Below, piece after piece: positions 24,683 to 36,609 of a stretch of DNA of 53,505 nt. The stretch is taken from assembly GCF_000485595.1 (NCBI RefSeq), contig NW_014577084.1:373225-426729 (forward strand), given 5' to 3'. Below the pieces are notes generated by a model, which was not told where the DNA came from, ran no database searches, and was given only the letters and a program-made list of their open reading frames with translations. Position numbers and translations under genes: made by a program. The DNA comes from Priapulus caudatus. Its lineage: Eukaryota. Position 1 is the stretch's first letter, and every line of letters begins with the position of its first letter.

Positions 24683-25159
24683 GTGATGGTTCGATGCTGA
24701 AAGATGCGAAAACGAGTTGGGATGTCGAAGCTGGGGGTCAAAGGTCAAAGGTCAAGAGGTGTAAAAGAAGGGGGAACATTCCCTCCTTAACTTAAGGTAT
24801 TTCGGATCGATTCATTAGTAATAAGTTAGTCACGCACTGCTGCTTGAAATCCTGCTCCATGCTGACTGTTGCATGTTTCCGCCTCATCAATGGCGACTTG
24901 TGGGCAGGTGGTACGGTGCCTAATTGGGATCGCTGTGAGCTATCAGTCTGAAATGTCGTGTCAGTGCTGCGCTGCTAGGAATGTCAATGACCTTTAGCCG
25001 CTGTCAATAAAAAAATACTCTAGCTTGTGTAATGCAGCTAATTGATACTTTACTTGTATATATTGTAGCTACTGACACTCAGAGCCGGTCGTTTTGTGTA
25101 TTTTTCGTCTCCGTTCATTGCGGATTGATAAAAACATTTCTAGTGGCATTAAGTAACAA

Positions 25160-25260
25160 AAGCAGCAGCAGCAGCAACAACAACAACAACAACTGCAGCA
25201 GCAGCAGCAACAGCAACAACAACAACAACTGCAGCAGTAGCAGCAGCAGCAACAACAACA
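25160..25260. repeat. (CAG)n/(CAA)n trinucleotide repeat, intronic
   Basis: Directly visible. Confidence 0.9.
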
Positions 25261-25986
25261 GATTTCTGTTTGTAATCATTTTGCTTCCATGCAATAATTA
25301 AACAATATTACAAGTATATATATTGTTGTTTGTTATGCAATTATTGTGTAAAAGATAGCAGTAGTGTAGTAGACAAGTGAATAAACCATATTTACTTTGA
25401 GACTGTGTATCAGTAACGACGTTACGTAGCTGTGCCGTAGCATTTCTCTGCCATACAGACGTATTATATACTGTCAAGAGTCCATAATAGACAATTTTCT
25501 ATTATGGCCATTGATACTGTAATAGCATAGGCAGCCAACTGTTGCAAAACAGTGCGCTTTTGACATTTGCCTAATAGTTAAACACATTAAGTAGACGTTG
25601 CATCGTTGTCGGGTGTGCGAGCAGTTTTTACAAACTCGATAGGTGGCGAAGCAGGCTCTATAATGCTTGTTTACAACTGCAATTATGACCATTATGACTA
25701 TTTTAAAAGTAGAGGTGGCATGTTTTATTAAAAAACACCCATTTAAGAAGGAAGGGTTGAGGAGAGCTGTGAATCTATAACATAGCAACCAAGCAGTCTG
25801 CTTTTAGGTACGAGGACAGCAGGGCATAGTTGATTTATGTGTCGAGAGGGTTATTCTCACACTAGCCACAACTTTTGGATTGAAGGGTCATGGAAACCTT
25901 TAACACTTAAAAATGGCTAACAGTTTACGATTTAAAGAGTTCCCCAAAACAATGCAATCATGATATGTAATCAGGATAGTCCGTGG

Positions 25987-26770
25987 TTTTTAGCTCACCT
26001 TGACATCGTCAAGCTGAGCTATTGCCATGGGTCGGCGTCCGTCGTACGTCCGTCCGTCCGTCCGTCCGTCAACATTTCGCTACGGTCAACGATAACTCAG
26101 GAACCGTTTGGCCCACATGTTTGAAATTGGGTATAGTTGTTACTGCTATGCTCCCATATTAAACGTCCTATTTTGGAGCACGCCAGTCGACGTACTTTCG
26201 AGCCACGGCAATTTTTTGGCAAAAATGGGAATTGCCGTATAGTCAGTTCAGGTTCAACGGATTTTGCTCATTTTTGGTATGTGAATGAATAAGGGCTAGG
26301 GGCCGTTTTGATATTTTAAAATATAATTATGCAAAATTAGCCGTAGCGGTTAGAGCATAGATTACTAGTAGCTATATAGTATATAGAACAAACAGTCTGT
26401 CGGTGTCACACTCGTCGTGGTTGTTGTTACAGACTCTTCATTGACATATTGGACCAGAAGGCAAATTGGTATTTCCTCTCCGCCTTCAATAAAATGGTTA
26501 TATTAGTAAAGTTTCAAAAAATGTCGGACCAGCATACCATATTTATTTTCAAACGCATCCTACAAAGCAGGAATATAGCGCCATCTACGAGGTCCACAAA
26601 TTTGTATTCAATTGGCGTTATAGATTCATTATTGCGATTATAAGATGGCAATCGGTTTCTGTAATGTACGTCGGATGGTTAGCCTCATATTAAATGACTT
26701 TTCTTACTCACTATTTGGTCCTTTTTTGTGGGTGAGCTACAAGTGTCATTGACACTTTCATTCTCTTTTC
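25987..26770 (+). mobile_element. HINE copy 2 (two internal segments inverted relative to copy 1)
   Basis: Same subTIRs, GTCC tract and AGTGTCATTGACACT hairpin (26742-56) as copy 1. Confidence 0.9.
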
Positions 26771-27000
26771 CGTCGCCTGATTTACTCTGTTCGTGTTATT
26801 ACAGGTTATAAATTATAAATCAATTAATTATTAATTATTATTGTGTGCCTACCTCAAATATGTAGTGATATTACCACCTGATATAGTTTCAATGGTTGTT
26901 GCGTGCTATCTTCGTTGTTGTCATGGTTATGCAAGGGATGAAGAGACGATCCTTGAGTGAACTGGAACTAATGACAAGCTGCGTGTTGCTCTTGCGGCGA

Positions 27001-27820
27001 GATGAATTAGGAAGGTCCCAGCGTGGACAGTCTAAAAATGCACGGTTGCTACCTGAAATGGAAGTACTAGGAATCTTTAGGTCTTTTCTTAAGCAGGGGA
27101 GTATCAAGGATGGCGCTGATACCGAAGGGGTAAAACGATGTCACTGTAAAATTTTTAGGGTTAATTATTAGGAAGATGCTCGTAAATGTGAACCTACTGG
27201 TCCAATATGTCGTGTGGAGTTGTTCCACAGCGCAGGAGGGGGTGCATTAGACGTGATGGGGGAAGACTTTGCATTGCGCCAAGGAAGGTGAGTAACAGTT
27301 GTTGCGGTTCACATAAGTTTGCATAAGGGATGTTTGGGTATAGCGTTTCATTCAGTTCGGGTCATAAAAACATGTTAACAAATCTTATTTTCATGATGCA
27401 GGGTGTTGCTGCCTTAATAATAGATGATTAGCACATGGAAGCATCAAACTGATAGATAATTTATGTTGCCATGTTGTCAGAATTATTTAGGTCAACCTGA
27501 TCCATAGAAACTAGCTACATAAGTCAAATATACTTCATCGTTCAGTAATGTGATGAAACATGTTGGCCCTTGCTGGAGATTATGTCGTTGCTCATTTTGC
27601 GATTTATGGTTGGTGTTGCGAGAAGGATGGGTTTTTTTTTTTTCTGGTCTGCTATGCTGCACAGTTTCTCGCGTGGGCTGTGAAGTGTGAGCTTTGGCGA
27701 CAGAGTTCTTCCTCGTCAGACATCGTCGCTTCAGATGGCAGTTCTCCGACTGGACGGACTGATGAGGCAATCGGTTGCAGGAGTCTCGGGAGACTGAGGG
27801 AGTCTAGGGACACAATGTAA
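27001..27820 (+). pseudogene. NT5DC1: Frameshifted/noisy second copy of the two NT5DC1 exons (probably read error, possibly real decay)
   Basis: GGAAGGTCCCAGCGTGGACAGTCTAAAAATGCACGGTTGCTACCTGAA at ~27010 and CGTCAGACATCGTCGCTTCA...CAGTTCTCCGACTGGACG at ~27714, with many insertions. The end of the second exon appears again at 28181-28220. Confidence 0.6.
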
Positions 27821-28155
27821 GTGGTGGTGCGATGCTGAGACAGATTGCGAAAGACGAGTTGGAGTGTCCGAAGCTAGGGGGTAAGGTTACAAGTGTCAAG
27901 AGGTTGTAAAGAAGAGGGAACATTTCCTCTACCTTAAACTTAAGGTATAGGGAGGAAATGCCAGAATTGCGGCGACAAAATCTAAACGGCTCGACCTAGG
28001 CTCGTATAGTCGGTGTTATACGCATCATGGTAGGAAAAGCCATCACTGTGCCGAAATTGGAGGTCACAGGTCAAAGGTCAATGGCACAGGGCAGATTTTA
28101 GACATTTTTCGAGCGAACATGGTCGACGTGAGCGATGAGAAACCTTTTGTGTTTC

Positions 28156-28180
28156 NNNNNNNNNNNNNNNNNNNNNNNNN
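28156..28180. other. Assembly gap (25 N) with overlapping flanks
   Basis: About 27780-28155 is repeated at about 28181-28536, typical of an overfilled gap. Confidence 0.95.
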
Positions 28181-29554
28181 GTGGGAGCTTCGGAGACTGA
28201 GGAGGTAGACACAAATTGAGGTGATGGGTTCGCATGCTGAAAGAGCGAAAACGAGTTGGGATGTCGAGCTGGGGGTCAAAGCGTCAAGGTCAAGAGGTGT
28301 AAAAGAAGGGGAACATTTCCTCCTTAACTTAAGGTATAGGGAGGAAATGCAGAATTGCGGCAAAATCTAAACGGCTCGACCTAGGCTCGTGATAGTCGGT
28401 GTATAGCATCATGGTAGGAAAAGCCATCACTGTGCCGAAATTGGAGGTCACAGGTCAAAGGTCAATGGGCACAGGGCAGATTTTAGAATTTTTCTGAGGA
28501 CATGGTCTGACGGGAGCGATGAAAACTTTTTGTTTCGCAGGGGTGACCTAGGCATTTTTATACTCTTTTATGAAAGGACCATGAATGTACTTTCTGCTGA
28601 CATGCGAAGAGTAAGTGTTCGGATAACCGTGTTGACCCTCAAGGGGGGGTTATAAACATGGATTTGTTTACTGTTAGAAAAGAATTTGACTGCCGGGTTT
28701 GCTAGTAGAATCAATACTATTAACAATGCCTGGAATGTATGAGGCTACAATGTCACAGTGAAATTTCAAAAAGCTAAATTTGTTGAAGAAGGTTTATGCT
28801 CCTTAAATCGTATAATTTCTATGGCATTCTGTTACTGTCAGTGTGTTACATGTAACGTATGCCACTGCAGTGGCCAACTGCCAGTGCATGTCGTGGTACG
28901 GTTTACCTGTGTAGTTTTTGCCTGCGATAGATTAGTTACAGGTGGCAGCTCTCTATTTCGCGCTGTAGGCTTGGCGTAAGTAATGAATGAGTGCTTACTA
29001 TTCTGATCTTGCAAATAGTTGTTGCTACTCGTACGATGGGAGCTTCCATCTTTAATCTGAAGACACTTAAACGTAGCGCATCTCGTGGCAACTTTTCATA
29101 ACAATCCAACGAACATTCCTTGAGAAGGTTCCTGATACCATCCCTGTGCCTTCCACTGATTTCGGCGTGTATGTGACATTTGGGACTAACAGGGTTTTAC
29201 TAGAATCCCACGCACTCCACCACAGAGTCACCGCAGTTAGACGTTAGATGAGCGCTATCGCTCCGCGGCACTTGTCTTGAGAAATATGACAATATAAATG
29301 TAAAGATATTTATGTCGGCAGTCTAATGTCGGGGGACGAAGGTTAAACCGGGATGCAGAACCCAGATTTGATAATTGTCAAAAATAATTTTAAAAGTCAG
29401 AGTCTCTTCCGAATTGAGCCTTTTCTTGTTTCTCATAAATTATTTGGCTGATTTTATGTTAAAATCAACAATTTCCATTACCCAGATGTGATATTGAAAA
29501 ATTTGAAAATGAACATGAATGCTGGAAATACTAATTAATTACTATTAATTGGTG

Positions 29555-29595
<41 letters not shown>

Positions 29596-31134
29596 CCGGT
29601 ATATAATATATAATTTGTGACCCAAAACCCCTAGACAAAAACCTGGGCCCTCTTCCCCACTGTTGCTTCGCTTTTCCCACACTCGTGCCTGCTGCCTTGG
29701 GCACCCAGTTCTAAAAGGTACCTGATGTAATAAAAGGGGGGGGGGTGCACAAAGGTAAGGCTCACCTTATGCACCAGGTGCCCTAGCATCGACCCTTCTG
29801 GAACTATACCATTAACCGTTAATAGAAATAACATGTTGTAACTTTGGCATGGGTACACCACTATTATTAGGCCCAGGCAGATGTGATTTAAATGTGTATC
29901 TTGCCTATCACGAAGGTCAATCGCTGCAGTAACTTGAAGCAGTAATTTCACTGAAATGCACCAATTTGCATTCTCAGCATAAAGTGCATAGGGGCATGAT
30001 AGGGAGCTCCCGGGTGAAACACCATCAGCAAACATTACCATAGCATCTTACGACATACTATTATAACATGTCCTCTGAATGCCCTGACTTTCCTGACAGT
30101 ACTAAGATGGCTACTGCTTATTACTCACAGTTCATATATTCTGTGAAAACGCGCTCTTACGCTTAATTGGAGAGTTACGCACACCGTATATAGCGATCGA
30201 TGGGCTCTTTGGCCACACGGGTAATAATTATACATAGCACCTTACATAGTTCCTTACATATTTGCACGTGCTGCCATCTGGCCAAGTAAATATTACCTAT
30301 TGTTCCTACTCAATGTAAAGTTAGTAACCCATTTTAACACAATTTATATATAGTGAGCACGCGTTTACTACGTGCTGTCCAATTGGATTGTTTTATTTTT
30401 ATGAGCTGTTTTGGTATGCCCGAAGAAAGTCTGCTTGGCAGTATGGCAGCAAATATAGTAGGTGGTAGTGGCTACAATTAGGTTTCTTACACCGCCTTGC
30501 TTGGAACCCACCAACTGTGATAATATTTAAAAAATTTATAGGAGCAATTTATTATTTTGTCAATTTACTAAGTATTATAAACAGGTTCATATGACTCCCG
30601 TTTGGTACACCTTAATATTAATTAAGAAATTAATCTTAATGTCTTTTAGTGTAGCTCATTCACTGTGTGACAGTTGTAAGTGTTCATCAAATTTGTGCGG
30701 CTTATTCCCAACCGCTTTTCAATAAGCTCTCAAGTTCACTCCTTTAGCATCTCTATTTATAAAGTACATCTGACAAAAATTGACAGTTCAAATTAGAAAA
30801 GACGTCTTAAGTGAAGCTGTTTACTCACCGTAGTGGATGCATTCAATAATTTTAGTTTTCTTAATCCTTAACTTGAACTAACATGGTAAAGACCAAGCCT
30901 CTTACGGCTAATCTATGAGCTATCAGTGTGCCGCTAAACCTTTGTTACAGCAAAAATTTTAATGATCTTTTAAGTGTGCATTTATGATTGCTTCTATACT
31001 CTGCCTTCATAAAGTAAATGTAACAAGGATTGCACAGCCCCCAGCAGACGCTGAATGTTGCCAGCAACAGCATAACTGCCTGATTCTCCATATATCCATT
31101 GTCTAATTATACAGTTTTTTTCATGTGACCACAG

Positions 31135-31297
31135 AGGCACATATCTCAGGAGGACAGGAACCTTCTTTCTTCCAAGCAATGGGGCTCCTTTTTTTATGAC
31201 AACTGTCCAATCAGCGGCCAAGTAACAAACACGTTCTGGCATCAGGTTCTACGAGACAATACTCCTCTGGTCATTCCTCATATGGATACACTAACAG
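31135..31297 (+). CDS. NT5DC1: NT5DC1 penultimate exon: RHISQEDRNLLSSKQWGSFFYDNCPISGQVTNTFWHQVLRDNTPLVIPHMDTLT
   Basis: ccacag|...G|gtatgt. Matches recalled human SSKKWGSFFID...YTWSCKRISTYSTIAIPSIEAI. The acceptor could alternatively be ctcag| at 31149. Confidence 0.88.
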
Positions 31298-31490
31298 GTA
31301 TGTGACAACAGGACCAGCACCCCTTCTAACATGATAAAAAAATTCTGTCTCAGTGTATCAATCAGTTTTCTTATTGATTGATTTCTGATTTGCACCTTGC
31401 AGCGATGTTTCAATGTTATGCTGAAGTGAAAGAAGTATACTCGTGTCACTTAGCATACACCCTCATGCACGCGATGTTTATATTTTTCAG

Positions 31491-31561
31491 CACTACCCTT
31501 AGACAGAGCGTACAATAGCTGCATATTCTTTCCAAAACCAGCCTTCAAGGATCTCCCCTGA
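31491..31561 (+). CDS. NT5DC1: NT5DC1 last coding exon: (A)LPLDRAYNSCIFFPKPAFKDLP*
   Basis: tttttcag| acceptor, phase 1 consistent with the previous exon, TGA at 31559-61. Resembles recalled human AELPLDYKF...GYYPNPP. Confidence 0.85.
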
Positions 31562-31647
31562 TGGCAAGCTGAGACAACGTATGTAGATAGCAGCCAATTA
31601 GAGGCAGACACACGATGGACGTAAAACACGCGACGAATTACTGTAGC

Positions 31648-31958
31648 CAGGGCCGTACGCAGCAGGGGGGCAGCAGGGGCAGTTGCCCCCCCCCCTAGAG
31701 ATTTTCAGAGTATGCTTTTTAATGGGACAAATACTGTACACTTTTAGAAATAAAATAGAAATGTGACAAAAGGTTATCTTAAATCATCAAAGAAATATTA
31801 CACTTTAAATAAAGAAATGTGAAATTGCGAAACTTTAGGGCACAGGGGGTATACCTGTGCAAGGGGGTAGGGAGGTATACCTGGCAAGGAGTATACCTGG
31901 CAAGGGGGTAGGGAGTACCTTTGCCCCCCTACAGAAAATTTCCTGCGTACGGCCTTGA
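31648..31958. mobile_element. Complete hAT-type MITE with 8-bp TSD
   Basis: ACTGTAGC|CAGGGCCGTACGCAG ... CTGCGTACGGCCTTG|ACTGTAGC, a perfect 8-bp TSD. Confidence 0.93.
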
Positions 31959-33571
31959 CTGTAGCTCATTCGGTCGTAGTTGCTGCTCACATGGATTTCA
32001 CACCTGTGCTGTTAATCAACGAGTGAAGTGTTCTATTTCAAAGGTGATGCATCGGAAACTGCATAGGTACTCTGACGTCCAACAACTTTATCTGACATAG
32101 GTGCGACCAGTGTTATTATTCAAACCTGCTCACCCTTACCCCCGCGGCGCGTAAGCAAGCGCGATTAATATTTTTAGTTGTTTATTATTGTTGTTGTTAC
32201 TGGTGTTTCGGTCTAACTGGATGTTGAGTGAGCACCTGTTACAAGTATATTATTACCAGTATCGTACGCAGGTGTTGAATTAAGCTGCTAGAGTACAGTG
32301 CTGTTTGTTTGCTGATTTTGAAAAATCAGAGCCCTTGTAAAAATGTATAAGTAAATGTATAAAGCAATGTTATTTTACATGATTATGAAGGCTAGAGTGT
32401 GTTGCTCGAGCTTTCACTGTTAGTTTATTCTAGGACTGTGTGAACCTTTGTGTTGTGATACATTGTTCAATTATGCTGCATCTATTTAGGTAACACCTCG
32501 AACCTATAGGTATTATTTCATACGAGGTATGCAGTGATTGTTTATTGTAGCTCTCATACATGCTTAAAAACAGGCAAGTTTTAATGGTGAATTTTTGTTG
32601 CACAAAATCATTAGTGTAATATTATTACCTATTGGTGTTCTTGTGCTTTTTTGTCAAACTCCTGCTTTTGTGCAGTTTTATTTGTCATCAGTTTATTAAA
32701 TTATAAGGTGAGCGTTGAATACAATTCTGTCGTCTTTTTAGGTTATAAATGCGGGAAAAAGTTAATTCTATTGGAGGACAATCAAATGAGATATTTTATT
32801 AATGTAAAGTTATACAGCATTAACCAAATAATTGTATTTTTGCAAATATTAAAATTCTACTAATATTGGCTACCCACCCTACAATCACACGTCAACTTTC
32901 TCATTGTAGAGAATGTGATTGTTAATAAGTATAACCTTTGTCAATAAGTATAACCTTTTGTCAAGCCATTCCCACAACACGATATGTGCATTGCATGAAT
33001 GTGATTTAGCAATGGACAGTGGAATATGAACCCTATCAATTGTACATAGACATCAATTACAATATCTAATATCAAAATAAATAAATGGAATTAAAATTTA
33101 TTCTGATTACCAAGATGAATTAAATAGAACAACTTTACAAGACTTGGAAGTTCATATATAACAAATATCCTGGCTGTTATACTATTATACTTTACCAATA
33201 CTTCTAGGGTGTTACTATAAAAAAATATTTACAAATACTCATGTTTTCTTCCAGGGTAAAGAATTAAGTCATGTCTAACAAGGTATAATTGATTATTTAA
33301 TATTTAGTTTGTATACAAATAGCTGGCTTTTGAATGATATGTTTACTTGTTACTAAAACGGCTTGTTCTTAAGGAATCCTAGTAAAAAAACACCTGTGAT
33401 GACCAAAAATGTGAACTGTTTGAATGCACATAATATAATTTAGAGAAAAATATCCGAAATGCAATTACATTTTTATGAAAGTGGCTCTGCCCAGTGAAAC
33501 TATAAGCATGTTCTGGTACCCGACCGACACTAACAATTTCTAGTGACCCTGACATTTTAGCAACCTAAAAA

Positions 33572-33867
33572 CTAATAAGAAGGATGGTCGACTTGGCACC
33601 ACCCTCGTGTAGTTTGCAACACAATTATCTTATTGCATCTTTTTTTCTTAGCTCTTGTGACAGATGTTTTATACTGATCCTTGATCCAAATGTTGGCATT
33701 AGCAGACAAAATCAATTTGTGCCATCTGGTTAAGTTGCCTGGTGCTTCTGCTGTGCAGTTGTTGAGTGCCCCGATACTATCCTCCTGTGACGTGGGTTTC
33801 CATAACGTTGTCTTGCTGGACTGTTGCTGTGGCGATGTGATGACGGAGGGTGTGGTATAACAGGCAC
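33572..33867 (-). CDS. CEP126: CEP126-like probable last coding exon
   Basis: tatacag| acceptor. The phase-1 frame stays open for 97 further codons to TAG at 33574-72 (CACYTTPSVITSPQQQ...VDHPSY*). Not conserved, so inferred from phase only. Confidence 0.5.
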
Positions 33868-34503
33868 CTGTATATAGTAAGTGGTCAAATCATACATGAG
33901 TATTTAAAACAATCAAATTAAGTGAATTATATAGGCTTTGCACATACATTTGCATTAGTATAGCTAAATGTGATTTATGTTTGTAGTTGCAGAATATCTG
34001 ATTGCTGCATGGGCATCATTCTAGGCACATGGTGTTACTAAAAAGAGGAATCGTGGGTCCATTCCCAATGTCCCATGTAAAAAATGTGGCATTACCAAGT
34101 TAAAACTTAAATAAAATCTTGATCCCCAGTTTTAAATCTTAAAATTCCGAATTTTACCATTTTAATTGGTATTTCCAGGTTTCCAGATAAATAGTTAAAA
34201 TGGTGCAATACTACGTGCTAAAAAACCGTTACCATATTGGAACTGTAAGCAATAAATCACTTGGGGTAGTTATGTAACTATAAAATGGAGGAAGGGTGTT
34301 TGCATAATATTTCTTTTACCTTTTTCACGTTACTCTCTTGTACACTACTGTATTGCTTTTGAATATCTGAAATGTATGAAATAAGGCCACATATGGAAAG
34401 TACTTAAGTAATGGTTGTAATGTTATAAGTGATCATTATTGTAATCATAAACATTCATGTCTGCATTCTCTGTTTTCGACAGTAATAACTGCTTGTAACG
34501 TAC

Positions 34504-34566
34504 ATGCAAGTCTGTTGTCAAGACCCTCAATAGACTTTAGAATGTTGTTCTCCTGCACAGTCATAT
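34504..34566 (-). CDS. CEP126: CEP126-like exon: (D)MTVQENNILKSIEGLDNRLA
   Basis: ctatttag|...T|gtacgt. Resembles the recalled CEP126 C-terminal motif LSxEEQKILQSLxxLNERL. Confidence 0.7.
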
Positions 34567-34960
34567 CTAAATAGAAATTAAACGATGCATAAAGACAGTG
34601 TTAAATGAATTACCAGCCGTCGTCATGGTAAACTAACCTTGTTAGTTTGGCAATTTCACGGTTAAACGAGTAGTTCGACAAAAGTATAAAAATGAGGAAA
34701 AATGTAATACTGTAGTGTAACAACAATGTAACTCGTAACTCGTGGCCTACTGTTATTGCAGTTACATCTTAACTCTAGTACAATCGAATAGACATGCATT
34801 TTGATTTCTGTCACCACTGAACATTGTAACTGATTCCGCTTCATCTCTGAGTGAAGGTGTCATTTCACAATTCGACACTGCAGAGAACACATCCTACCAA
34901 TATCTGTACGTGCACTCCCTATTGCCGGGGCGCTTTTCTCCCTGCGTGTGCTAATGTTAC

Positions 34961-35059
34961 CCTCCAGCTGTTTCTCCGTCAGGATGGAATCTTCACTCAG
35001 CATCTCTGCGGTCATGAATGCCTCCAGGCTGTCGTTGGGCTCCCCCGCCCCTTGCACGC
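34961..35059 (-). CDS. CEP126: CEP126-like exon: (S)VQGAGEPNDSLEAFMTAEMLSEDSILTEKQLE
   Basis: actaacag|...G|gtaaca, phase 1 at both ends. Resembles the recalled CEP126 motif SDSTSEFLMAENL...EDEIL. Confidence 0.7.
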
Positions 35060-35214
35060 CTGTTAGTAGTATCACAAGCTCGTAACTGTCGCACACTTGT
35101 TACTGTCACCAACTATCAAGCGTTGGTTACTAGCGGACAATGTTGCAGTCGTGTCAACTTTTAGCATACTCGTTATAATATAATATATATATATCATTAA
35201 ATATATATATATAA

Positions 35215-35272
35215 TATCAGGAGTGCATGATTAATAGAGAGATAATAGAATCTCTATTATTCACTCCTGATA
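35215..35272. mobile_element. Tiny palindromic element (ATCAGGAGTG...CACTCCTGAT); also at 44270-44310 and 44858-44925
   Basis: Terminal inverted repeats around a short AT-rich centre, in three dispersed copies. Confidence 0.65.
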
Positions 35273-35390
35273 ACATATCGTCATAAGTAAATGTTAGGGT
35301 AGCCAATCGTAGTGTTTAGTTAAACGGCCACAGGGTTAATCCCACATCGACGCAAGCACCCAACATTTGTGACATGAGACTCTCACTTAC

Positions 35391-35899
35391 TCATAGCAGT
35401 TTCTCCAGCTACAGGCCAGGCAAGCAGCGGTCCAGCAGTGATGGGATGCACGGGCAAAGGTATTGTAACAACGGGTGCAACGCGCAGTCGTGCCTCGTGT
35501 GTGGGCTTGCCATGCAGTGGTACCTCAGCCATGGGTCTGCCTTGCAGTGCTGCCTCAGCTCTAGGTTTGCTTTGCGGCGCTGCCTCGGCCATAGGTCTGC
35601 CTTGCAGCGCTGCCTCAGCCATAGGTCTGCCTTGCAGCGCTGCCTCAGCTGTGGGTCTGCCTTGCAGCGCTGCCTCAGCCATAGGTCTGCCTTGCAGCGC
35701 TGCCTCAGCTGTAGGTTTGCCTTGTGGCAATGCCTCAGCTGTGGGTCTGCCTTGCAGCGCTGCTTTAACTGTAGACCGGTTGGATGCTGTATCTTTGCTC
35801 TTGAACATTGGTGCGTAACCCGGTCTCACTGTTCTTGGCGAATTGACTCGAACAGACGTCCTATGGGTCTTTTCTCTCCGCGTCATTTTAGGTAATGTC
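35391..35899 (-). CDS. CEP126: CEP126-like exon containing a 30-bp (AALQGRPxAE) repeat, ~9 copies
   Basis: atgcag| acceptor (phase 2) and A|gtaagt donor (phase 1). Both phases match the neighbouring exons. Confidence 0.75.
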
Positions 35900-36040
35900 C
35901 TGCATATTGCAATGTGATAAAAGTTTAAAATCGAAGGAAATGCACAAGCATTCAGTCGTATATTTATATAGTTCATAAGCAATGAAGGTGAGATAGCTTG
36001 GTCAACAATGTTTGTTGTTTTCACCCCATTATGAAATATA

Positions 36041-36071
<31 letters not shown>

Positions 36072-36239
36072 AAGCAATATCAAATAAAGTGATATAAATT
36101 CATTGTTAAGTTCGTATTTATTTAGCTCTTTGCAATAAATATACATCAGGTAATTCAATCTTTTATATTCTAAATCTCTATACTGGTGACATAGCGGGAT
36201 TTTTTGCCACCACCTTTATTCTACTGACTAGGTATATAC

Positions 36240-36545
36240 ATATATACGTATACATACAAACATACATGGGTGCTTACATGCATGCGCACGCACGCACGCA
36301 CGCACGCACACACATACACACAGAGAGGCTGAGAGAGAGAGGGAGGGGGATAGAGGACAGAGACAGGCAGGCAAGCAGGCGGGCAGGCAGACAGGCAGGC
36401 AGGCACGCAGACAGACACACACACACACACACAGACACACAGACATGTAGACAGATAAACGAGGGTAGTGAGAGTAAAATAAAAAGATCAATGGACAGGA
36501 AGATGGACGGATGGGATAGATGTGGGCGGATGGATGGATAGATGT
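36240..36545. repeat. Compound intronic microsatellite (TACA, GCAC, GGCA, CA, GGAT)
   Basis: Directly visible. Confidence 0.85.
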
Positions 36546-36609
36546 ATAAACAGATGCACGAGTGTACATCACATTAGTTTACTCCACAATGCTAATGCAT
36601 TATACGCAC

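Noticed and set aside
27780..28536. Third copy of the NT5DC1 exon end
   Set aside because: The sequence on both sides of the 25-N gap overlaps, so these are probably the same locus read twice.
29600..29800. Possible CORE-SINE fragment (CACCCAGTTCTAAAAGGTACCTG)
   Set aside because: Too short and degenerate to support.
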